From: Bugula neritina
Taxonomy: Eukaryota; Animalia; Bryozoa
DNA: 64,000 bases
Direction of reading: 5' to 3'
Assembly: GCA_964035545.1 (NCBI GenBank)
Contig: OZ037768.1
Coordinates: 17,157,875-17,221,874 of the forward strand
The position numbers and the translations under genes were made by a program. Each line of letters starts with the position of its first letter. Position 1 is the stretch's first letter. Positions 45,601-57,600 of the stretch are shown here, piece after piece. Under the pieces are notes generated by a model. That model was not told the DNA's origin. It ran no database searches and saw nothing but the letters and a program-made list of their open reading frames with translations.

Positions 45601-48600
45601 CATAATAATAATATGTTATTATTATACCAGCTTCAACTTCTGTAAATCTGATCATTTGAATTCACTTAGGATACTTCAATCTAATAACTTGGTTTGTTAG
45701 GTTCAAATAAGCTTATCATTGCAATGCCAATTTTTATTCATTAAAGTATGTTGACTTGTGAAAGTTCCCCATAAAAATTGCAGCTAAAATTTACTCTGTA
45801 CATAGTGAGGCTGATTATAATGCTTTAACTACGCTTAATGGCAATCCTATTACTATGTAATATAGAGTACCATAATAGATCTTGCTAGTTCCTTCTCATT
45901 GTTAATCATGTAAATAAATTACTAACAAATCATGTTGTCCTGCAATTTTCTCTATATTAGTAAATCCTGTATCCAACTGGATGCCCTTCCTGAGGCCTTA
46001 CTAAATCTGCGCATGTCTAAAGATGTTATGAATACAGACTTTGAAGACGTTGGATCCTTGGGGATAGCAACTAGGTACCACTCTTTACATTTTTTTAAAC
46101 AATAAATATAGTCAATACAATATAGTAAGGAGATTAAGTGCCAGAATTACTCATAAGTTTATTAAAAACTGAAAGATGAAAAAATATCATCTTCAGAGCA
46201 CCTGATGCTAGGTTTGAGTAATGTAATGTTTTTGCTTGACCACCGGCTACACCTTGCATCTGATTGGTTAAAGTACACTCGTATCTATTATGTCCATTGT
46301 GTGATATTTCCTCTATGAATGCATTTGATGTAAACAAGTTATGCTAGCTCTATGTAGACTAGTTGAATTATTGACTGTTTTGTGCCTATGATACTGTTTT
46401 CATGCCAACATTGATAACAATATTGTCAGCTCATAACAAGTAGGTTTTTATGAATCTTGTTTGTGCAAAGCATTGATCTTCCCATATGAATATGTTATGA
46501 TAATTTTGCCGAGTCATGCGTGTTATAAACAACACACCGCCTATGATACTGCATACTAGAATCAGTGGTCAGTTTCCATGTTCGACACATTAAGGATCAG
46601 TAGTGGAGAAATTGAGATACCCTAAGTTCTTTACATTTCTTTATAAATTTTGGTTTGGGGCGAGGGTTGAAATTCTTGCGAGCACATTATTTCTTATGCT
46701 ACAATTTTTAATCTAGAACACAGGCTTTTCTCAATTTTTCCGTTACTGCACCCACCTCTCAGTTTCCTTGTTTTACAGATACGGTTTCTACATGACAACC
46801 TCAGAAGCTCAGACGGTTTGTGATGCCGGCAGCTGTAGACCTTTGATCTCTTTATTAAATTCATTTTCTAAGTTTATAAGTTACACTGAGAGAACTATGC
46901 AGGTATGCTGATGGCGGTATGATTGCTCATTAGTATTACACTGCTAACTAATGTTAGATAAATCATTCTTGCATATCTCCACTGCTACTAATACTAAAGT
47001 GATCTTCAGTGCATGTTGGGTACAAAATGTTGCCCTCATTTGCTTTGATTTAAACCAATTGTGCACAATTGTTGACATGTCTCCTAAACAATACAATATT
47101 GGGTCTAGTTTACGTTTCTTAGACTTGGCAAATATCCCTCCCAAGCTGGAGGCACAGCATTCCTTTGATCAATATCAATAAACAAGTCACTGAGTTGTTA
47201 TGTCACACCTATTGTAGCTAGCGTAGACCTGTTGTCTTTTGGCCCCCCTCAATGACTTGTTTGTGCCAAAACCAGTAGACCTTAAGAGTTGAAACAACAA
47301 TGTTGTGTAGCCGCTGTTGCTGGGTGTTTGTTAGCTGACTGCCTCCAGTTCAACTGTTAGACACTATGCCAAGTTATGTTTTGCATACACCCTTTCTAGG
47401 AATCTCAAGTGCTATTGCTACCTTTTAAGTAAAAGAACAGGTTTTAGACCAAGTGTCTAGCGATATTTTGTTGTCATCTTTTTCAAGGCCTATGCAGCGT
47501 ACATCGGATGTCCTTCCACCGCCGGTGATTGTGTGAATATCACGTACCAAGCTACGGGGTGTAACTCAACTTCCTGTGCCCTACTCCTAGTTGGTGACAC
47601 TAGTAAGTTCACTTTCTCCCTACAGTATGTATCAGAATAGATGTTCCATTATTTTCGGTCAGTTAAAAAGTTGGAACTTTGAACTAGTATAATATTGTTG
47701 TATGCATTATGTTGTGCAACAATGAACGCAACATTTCTCCATAAAAATAGAGATGTTAATTTGAGAATTGGCAGGGAGGTGATGCATAGCATATGTGGTT
47801 AATCATTTGGAATGTTGTGTGAAATGTTTTCCTTATTTGATTTGCATTTCAGTCTAACTTAATCTACATGCAAATGTCACAGTATTATCAATGAGTCTAC
47901 TATGACTATACTCTATAAGTACATTCACTATGACTCTGTACTCTGTAAGTACATTCACTATGACTCTATACTCTATAAATACATACACTATGACTCTGTA
48001 CTCTATAAGTCTGTACAATATGACTCTGTACTCTATAAGTCTGTACAATATGACTCTGTATAGTGTTTACACTATGGCTATATACTATGTAGCTATTTCC
48101 ACTATAACTGAGCACTCTGCAGCTATGTCCACTATGATTATATAATCTGTACATGTTAGCATGGGGCACACGAACCTGGATCCCCCTGCCCTTCCCTCCC
48201 CTCCCCCCTCCGATTTCTCACATTGGCCAAAAATGAGCTGTTGAGTACAGACTGCACATGGATTTCTTGCGGTCTAAATGCTGAACGGCCAGTGCGAAAA
48301 GCTAATTCGAGTTTGATCTAATTGGTTGATCATCATTGAGGGAGCACAATTTTTGAGTTTTAAGATCACGTCTTTACTTTCTAACATTTGAGTTTTTTTC
48401 ACTTTCAGTGTTTATATTTGAAGTCATATTCTCGCTGCAAAGCGGATAACCTAGCTGTAGAAATAAATACACTATGACTAACTGTAACTATGTACACTAT
48501 GACTAACTGTAACTATGTACACTATGACTAACTGTAACTATGTACACTATGACTAACTGTAACTATGTACACTATCACTAACTGTAACTATGTACACTAT

Positions 48601-51600
48601 GACTAACTGTAACTATGTACACTATGACTAACTGTAACTATGTACATTGTACACTATGACTAACTGTAAACACTGTGGTTGGATTTTATAACCATGATCA
48701 GCCCATATTCATGTGATTTTATAAATTTGTTACAAATACTTGTTTGCAGATTTCCCTATGGAGGTTTTACAAGCCAAGATTGAGGCATCAAACTTGCCTC
48801 TAATGGTGCTATCTGTTGGAGAAAATCTCACTTCTTTCTCTATGAACTTGACTATGGCTAATATTCCCATCATTTTCTTTTCAAGATCTTATGAGCTTCT
48901 GACATTTAATAAGCAATTCACTCGAGTGAGGTAAATGCCTTATTTATTGTCATTTCTCTCAATTTGCGCTAACAGTGTCAATAGAGTTTACTGAAAGCAA
49001 AATATTGCGAATTTTATATGCAAAAGGTGTTCTATTGCATATCGGAAGCACTTAGCTTACCATTTCTCCTCTGTACTTATTCTAATTTGTTAATGATACA
49101 AATAGCTAATAGTACAGTATAGTATATACTCGGATAGTACGAAGGAAATGTTCTGTTATATGGAGGGGATATTTGGACGCACCGCTAGCAAAAAATTCGT
49201 ACGGATGGCAAAATAGGCCTGTTTTGGTGCTGGTGTCTTCTCATCAATATGCTAAACGTTTCTTTGGTAGTAATCTAATTGGCTGAGTACTAATTGTATT
49301 GTATTGTGTGTAGCAGGCAATTCCTGCAGCAGATTTTCACCACATGTGATTTCAAATATAAAATTCTGCTTCATATGGCAGGACCTGTAGACTCTTTTTA
49401 CAATGTGTTACTCATTCTGTTTCCTTTTCCGTAACTCTCAGACCCTGGAATACCAACTGCGCTTTGTTCGATGATGACCACCAGTTTGCTATGCAAGACA
49501 TGCGAAAAGTCATATGGAATCAACTGGGAAAACTGGAGCCTCTTATTTATAAGTTTCTGAAAGTATGTATACACAGTGTGTGGCAATACTGCCATCTCTT
49601 ACTAGTACTCTTTACTACCCCAATAAGGGAATGGTATTTTAGTCAGGGGAGATAATTGCTTGTAGGCTGTTGCTGTCATTTACTTGTACTAGTAATAGGT
49701 CTGCTATCAAACTAGTTGTAATCTTTTTACTAGTAACAGCAAATAGTAGTCACTTGGTACTGAATAGCATTGTAACCAGGTTGTTAGTTTATACAGGGAA
49801 AGGTTGTACTTTTACTGAAATGGTGATTGTCTAGTGAAAATTTTCTATCCAAGCAGTTTTCTCAAGACAGAATGAAGATACTGTAATGAGAGCTAATGAG
49901 AGTATTTTGTGTTGTAGAACATGTATATAGATGAGTCATTGATGATGTCATTGATTGAAGAGTATATTGCTGTATACGACAGAGACGTCTCTCCATTGTC
50001 TGTTACTAACTTCATACGTGACTGGATTTCTAACCATGAAGATTTGGTATGCCAGTGGCTGCCTGATGGTGCGATAGAAAAGCCTACTTTGTATATTGGT
50101 GGTTTCTTTCCACTTTGGTTTCGTAGCGTGTACAGAGAACCTAGTTTGGTTACTGGTGAGTACCTTTATTACCTATCATGTTACATGATGTACACAGTCA
50201 TGACCATCAGCAATTAATTTATTTTTGGTTAGTACTTTAGATTCTGGATACCAACTTTAGTACTTGTATTTTGCAATATTTCCTGGTCATGCAATTTATT
50301 TCTTTTGTTGGTTTTGGATAGAATTCTTCTTGTCAGGTTAAAGGCCGTAAGTCAGTATAATCAATAGTGTTATTCCGTCTTTCCAGTTGAGTTTTTACCT
50401 GAGAGTAGTTTTTATTCGGTTTAAACCACTTAGTTGCTGTAATTAAGTGAAATGCTTTTCATTAAACTTTTGCTCTTATTTAGTTTTATCTTGAGGTATT
50501 TTTTTCAGGACTGTGCAAATAAGATTTTGTGGGTCCAAAGCATTTTTTTCTGATTTATTTTATTGTTGTCGACATTCGAGAAGGATATTTACTCCTCATT
50601 AGTCAGCTGATATCACATGCTGTTATTCTACAAGGAAGTTTCTCACAGGAAACATATTTAGTACTATGACTTCTAACTACCAGCAGTCCATATTACCATC
50701 ACACCTACAGTTATCAGTAGGCATACAGTTGACTCTACACTCCATAACCAAGTGTTGCTGTGGCATTGCTTGCTGTTGGATTGTTTTGAACTGAAATTTA
50801 TTTTCTGGCCATTTAAACTTTATTATTAAAAATTAGCAGTGGCCGGGGTTAGAGCGTTTGCCTGGTGAGCACAAAGTCATGGGTTTGAGTCCTGACGCAA
50901 ACCATTGGTGATGTTAGGGCATCCAGTCATAGTTACTCCTGCGCCTCATTTAAATAAGTACTTAGCCCGGTTTAACAAAAAAAACCCTTTCTATCAGGTT
51001 TTTCTCACAGAGATAGTGACTATAAACTTGCGTGAGCAGTGGCAGTTTTCCAACACTTAAAATTTCTGTTTGTATGAGTTTCATATATAGGAATATCAGT
51101 CAGAGCACTTGTTCCACCAACTCCATCTTAGCTGCTAAGATAAAGTGATCAGACTCTATTTCATTTGGGAGAGAAGTTGAGTCTAGGAATATTGTTTATG
51201 ACTCTTACCACATCTAAATGTTACAACACTTACTCAAAATATTGTGATCAATATTATATTATAACAGGTTTTAGTTTTGTAAGAATTATTCAATAAGCAT
51301 TACATAAAGGTATAAATTGATAGTAGTTGTATTATTTACTAATAAGTATTTCAAATCTTACTTGAGATTACAGTTTAGGTTTACAACTATTCAATTTATT
51401 AAATTTTGACACTTTAGCTGACCAATCAAATGCTATTTCACATTCTCTAGATGTATTTCAGAACACCTGGAGAACTTTTTTAATGTGACAGTCTTTAGTT
51501 TTATGATAATTCGTACACTTATGGTCAAGTTTTACACATGCAGTGTCTATTTGCAGTTAAGAATGGTATTGTAAAACTACCAATTATGTTATTGCAGCGG

Positions 51601-54600
51601 CTGGCATAGCCATAAACTTGGTGAATAAAGATGAGAAATTTCTCAACAAGTACAAACTCGAGATGATTGTGAATGACACTCGGTGTGAAGCTTCAGATGT
51701 GCTCAAAATATTCACCCAGTATGTTGCTGATGACAATATATGGCCTCAGATGATAGGTGGACTCGGTAAGCTTGTTTTCCCATTTTTTTCAATATGTGTT
51801 TGGAGATTCATGTTGAAACATTTACCATATTATAGTCTCTCTTTATCTGTGTACGACAAATAACTCACTAAGGGTTATCTTCTCTACCCTTTCTCTGACT
51901 AGCACCATCAGTCTAGCTGCTTGATTCTAGAAGCAAACTCTCTCAACCTGTTATTGTGGCTGTATTCACGTTTAATTTCAAAGTGTTGTAGAGAAGTTAT
52001 ATGTCCCTTGATGTCATATGGTATGCTGATATTTAGTATTAAGTTTGCCATGTTTTATATTATATCCATTGCATTGTGTAATTGGGTTCATCTATTGCAC
52101 CATGTGCTAGAGGTCTATGGGCAATGTTGATATATCTGCTTTGTGTATACTCTATAATCTATATAATATGTAGTTATACTACATCTACTCTATACACTAT
52201 ATAGTTATACTGTGTCTACTCTATACACTATATAGTTACACTATGTCTACTCTATACACTATATAGTTACACTATGTCTACTCTATGCACTATATAGTTA
52301 CACTATGTCTACTCTATACACTATATAGTTATACTATGTCTACTCTATACACTATATAGTTATACTATGTCTACTCTATACACTATATAGTTATACGGTG
52401 TCTACTCTATACACTATATAGTTATACTATGTCTACTCTACACAATATATAGTTATACTGTGTCTACTCTATACACTAATATATAGTTATACTATGTCTA
52501 CTCTATACACTATATAGTTATACTATGTCTACTCTATACACTATATAGTTATATTATGTCTACTCTATACACTATATAGTTATACGGTGTCTACTCTATA
52601 CACTATATAATTATACTATGTCTACTCTATACACTAATATATACGTAGTTATACTATGTCTACTCTATACACTAAATAGTTATACTATGTCTACTCTATA
52701 CACTAATATATACGTAGTTATACTGTGTCTACTCTATACACTATAAATAGTTATACTATGTCTACTCTATACACTATATAGTTATACGGTGTCTACTCTA
52801 TACACTAACATATAGTTATACTATGTCTACACTATACACTATATAGTTATACTATGTCTACTCTATACACACCATACACTGTTGTCCTACAGGGCCAGCA
52901 TGTTCAGATACAGCACTAGGTCTAGCTGCTCTGGCTAAGCACTACAACTATGTAATCATTAGCTCTGTGGTCACTTCTGTCATACTCTCACTGGACAGGA
53001 TGCGATACACTTACTTCTTCCGAACAGTTCCCCGTATCAATGAGTATATGTAAGTATAATACAACAATATGTATATATTGACACTCTTTGCTCCTTTATT
53101 TACTGTTCTCAACGTCATTTTGTTAATGGTGACTCGTGTATACTTTCCCTACTATATTTTCAGTTGCAAAGTTTTGTCTTACATTAAAGTATGTAAAAAT
53201 ATGGTTTTATATTTCCCTGGCATATTATAGTATGAAAGGCATTTTTTGTTGGAAAAGAAAAAACTAACTTAAATATTTGTTTCGAGTTGATAAGCGTTAC
53301 TAGTATTTGCCAGGTGAGGATATAATTGGAGTTTATTAGATTGATATCTTATCAGTAGCATCAACATGAACTTGTAGCTGTTTATACAGACTTTGACCCT
53401 CACATGTAATACTCTTTCCTGTCCTATGTTGCCAGTAACTGCACCCTGGTCCAAAGTACACCTGATACTGTGTTTCTGGCCATCTTTCATATTCAGTTGC
53501 ATTTTGGGCGTCTTATCTAATTTTCATTTTAAAATTTTGCCTGTATTATCTGTTTTTGGTGATAAGTTGTACTCGTTTTTTATATGTGCGCATGTCGTCA
53601 TTTAACTTGTTTTTAGCAAAATAGTATAATAAAATATAATACCAACTTGACATGAAATATTTTATTAGCTAATGTGGGATTATCTCCCCTGTGAGTAATC
53701 TTGACTCGGACGTGCTGCTGTTCATGTTACAGACATGTTTACATCGCGATGTTCAAAAAACTGGGACTCAAGAACGTCAGGGTGTCTACGCTGACAGATA
53801 AGTGGTCATCAGGATATTATTCTCTGCTGACTGAACATTTCAAGAAAGAGCAGATAACTCTTGCTACTCAGCAGCAGTTGTCTCCCCAACTCCCTAGTCA
53901 AGATGATATTGAGGCGGAATTCGAGGATGTGAGTCGAGTTTTCTACAACTGAGCTAAAAATAAATGTCACACAATATCCATGTTATTCTCCCAACAATGT
54001 TCACTCTAAATTATTTCTATATCACCATTGTTATGTTATGATAATAATATTAAAGCAATAGTTTTAAACTCTACATATACTTACAATGATTGATATAATT
54101 GCAGTAGCACTCCATTTAGCCATCACATGTTGGCACAGTCAGTAATGTTGGGACTTTTATCACATTCAGTTAGCACATTTCCTGGACCTGATTCAAAGTT
54201 CAGAGTCCTTTAGAGCTAAAAAATATGCTATTATGTTGCTTTAATCCAGAGGTTTCTCTTTTTGTAACTAACAATGTCCAGCACTATTTCTAAACTCAGT
54301 AAAATTAATGTTGACACTTTCATGATTTATATGCTAATTTACACACAATTCACATACTTATTGCTTTAGTTCTCTAAAATCAAATTGAGTATTTTACTAG
54401 TTATTTTTCCCAATGCCGATTTGATTTGTCTTTCCCTTTTTATCCAATCCATGGTTTGGCAACTTCTATTTTTATCAAAAATGCAAAGCTGCTTGTCTAG
54501 TAGCCCATCTACTTGTGCTTTACCTCATGAACTCTTATTTACTTTTAGTACTTGAATACCATAAAAAAGGCAGAATCTCGAATTATTATAATGGATGTGT

Positions 54601-57600
54601 ACGTTGCTAAGGCTAGAAAGATTATGTGTCTGGCATATTTAATGGGTATGACTATGGACCAAGGATATATGTGGTTTCTGCCACACGTGTATGACTATGA
54701 CTGGTATGCAAACACAAGTGGTACTAATTGTACAAAGGAACAGATGGAAAAAGGTAATGTATTTTGCTAATTATTCAGTATTTAACTGTTTTTATTAGAA
54801 TAGCCTTGTATTTGCAGCATTGATTAAACTTTATTTCTCAAGAGTTATTTTCTTTTATTGTCAAAAAAAAACCTTTGCTGTGGAGTTTGTATTGTGAAAC
54901 TAAGTAACACAAGCTATAATAAAGTTTATTGCTAGCTTTTCAAATGTGCTAAATTGACTTTTTGACAATATAACGCAATTTAGCCTCAGTGACTTTTCAA
55001 ATAATATTTTTATTTTTTTATCAAAAATTCACAAAAGCTAAATTCAAAATTTTTGAAGAACAGTTTTAGGGGACACCTTATGATATCGCCATTTTCTCTT
55101 TAAATCGTAGAACTGTTACATCATTACCTCTGGTGAACTGCTAGTTAACATGGCAGATTAGTTTTCATACACGTGTTGGCATATATATTGTACCTGCTTG
55201 TTGGTTTGTTGATGATATTTTTCATGGCAGCTTATGGAAGCTATGTATTTCTCGTCTGCGTCTTTAGCTCTAAAAGGTTATCTCACATTATCCAACTCCT
55301 TCTTTGACAAGACATCGGCTGTGGCTGTTGGTGGAATGAATGGCACCCATTTCTATACATCTGTGTATCGGAAGGCCGTAGCAGCTGACCGAAATGCTGT
55401 AAGTATAACCTTCACCTCTCTAACATACTCCTTTATACATCATGTCTATACGCTGCTGCTTAGTTTCTACTTGCGTCTCTTTCTTAAAGTAAAAGCATGT
55501 TGTTTTTCAAGATAACCCAAGTTCTAATATTTCTCGTGTTAGTTGTCTTGCTTGCTAGGCATGCAAGTTTTTGCTAAGTTTCACGTAATGCCCCATTTTC
55601 GGTTGTTGTAAATTCACAGCTTGAAACGTAGAAATATGAAAAGAAATCATGAGAATTACACGCAGCCTGTTACCACTCTGATAGCCAGGAAAGGGCTATG
55701 ATTTCTATTTACTATTCTGTATACGTTCCGCTTGTGGGGTGTATACCTAACTGTATCGTACTGTTTGAAGTTGAAGTCTTGGGAACGCTCAACTGTTAAA
55801 GACTACGACAAACACTTTTTTCTACGATTCCCGCTATGCGGTCGAAGTGCTGTTCTTGCATCACCCCTTTAATTGTAACAATATTTTATGTAATTAAACT
55901 CTAAATTAGTGGCTTTTTTCTGCCAGGTTTTAAGGCATGACATCACTTCTAAATGGTAACAACTTTCTTTGTAGATATTTAAAGAAGAGGTATTTATTTT
56001 GCATAATATGAGATGTTAGTGATACATTATATGGTGCCTGTGCATATGTTAGAGAAGTCTAGACTATTACAACTTATCATAACTATACTTGCTGTCATTT
56101 TTATCATGTGGGGGTGGTGTAGTCGGACTCCATAGTCATAGTCTCTCCTTGCTCTTGCCTGGCTTACTCATAGCTATTATCTCATTGGATTAATCTTAGC
56201 TCTTGTCTCATTGGCTTATTCAAAGCTCTTATCTCATTGGCTTGCTCTTAGCTCTTGTTCTATTGGCTTACTCATAGCTCTTGTCTCATTGGCTTAAGTT
56301 GCTTTTATACCTCTGCTGAAAAAAGTACGGAGTATTTCTTTATAGTATTACTGAAACTCGGTGAAATCATATTGATGTGGAAGCTTACTTTTTAAAAGTG
56401 AAATATGACTTGCTTAATAGCTACTTGATGTCCTTTGAAAACGTTGTGAATTAATAAAGTTGACAGCATAAAAGCGATAATTGCAAAGGCGTAGGCGATA
56501 TAATTATTAACATATAAGTACGTTATCTGTCAAAGTCATTGTTAAATACCGATATTTACACGGAGTTATTACTCCTTTTGAGTGTTATTCTGAACTCGGC
56601 TGATTAAGTTATCACCGTACAAAAAAATTGACTTTGGCAATGCAACTCGGTAAAATTTTAACTCGGCCAAATTGAATTTCTGACTGAAAATCGCTAAGAT
56701 ATAAACGCAACTTTCCTCTTAGCTCTTGTCTCATTGGCTTACTCATGTCTCTTGTTTCATTGGCTTACTCATACGCTTTGGTGAAAGAGCATTGCTTCCA
56801 AGTTATTTTAAGAATTGGCCACTGAAAGTTCCAGTGAGCTGCTTAGTACATTGTCAGGTTGTGCTAACAGCTGTCTGCATAGCGACTTGGTGCTTTTGTA
56901 ACCAATGCATGTAATCTCTCCAGTATTGCTTCTTTTCATTGCTTGCATCTGCAGTTCTCTGCCCTGAATGTCTTGCTCGCTTCAAGTTATACAGAATGTA
57001 TCTCCAGAGTTTGTTATAAAATGTATTATATCCCTGTAACTGATGTTTTTTAAACTCGCCTTTGATCAGCTGCATAAATAGACAACTCCATTGTTACTTT
57101 TCTGCGAAATCTATGCCTTATTTTCTTGTATAACTGTAATCTTTCTGTGCTATTCTCATCCCCTGTTGGTGAGTAACAGCTTTGCAATAGTTTCTTTTTG
57201 TCCCAATAGTTTTTGAGCTTTCAATTTGTTAACAGAAATGCAACTTTTGAATATATTGTAATCAAAACAGGTTGAGTTTAATTTGAATCGTTCCTCTCTA
57301 GTGGAATGTATAGTGTGCATGCGTGATTCTATTGTATACTAATCATATATGGAATATGCTGTCCCAGCTCTGTTTTTGCTACTTTTATGTAGTTGAGTTG
57401 ACAATTTCTTTTCGTTGCATAACAATTTTTTTATCTTGTAATATTGCATATTTTTTATCCAAATAATATATAGAATCATCACTACAAACGTTTAAATGTA
57501 CTGTAACTGTTTTGCCAGATGTACCGCAGTGAATATGGTGCTTTCACTTATGATGCTATCTGGGTGTACGCCATTGCTCTGCAAGCACTGTACGATGAAA

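Noticed and set aside
45972-45996. Apparent SINE core (CTGGATGCCCTTCCTGA)
   Set aside because: Lies within VKR coding exon 45961-46074 (LDALPE); no flanking SINE similarity.
47899-52870. Regular arrays as CRISPR
   Set aside because: Head-to-tail units without unique spacers, in eukaryotic introns, with no cas genes.
55480-55872. CpG-richer segment ending CCCCTTTAA as a TTAA-type transposon
   Set aside because: No matching inverted repeat found at the left end.
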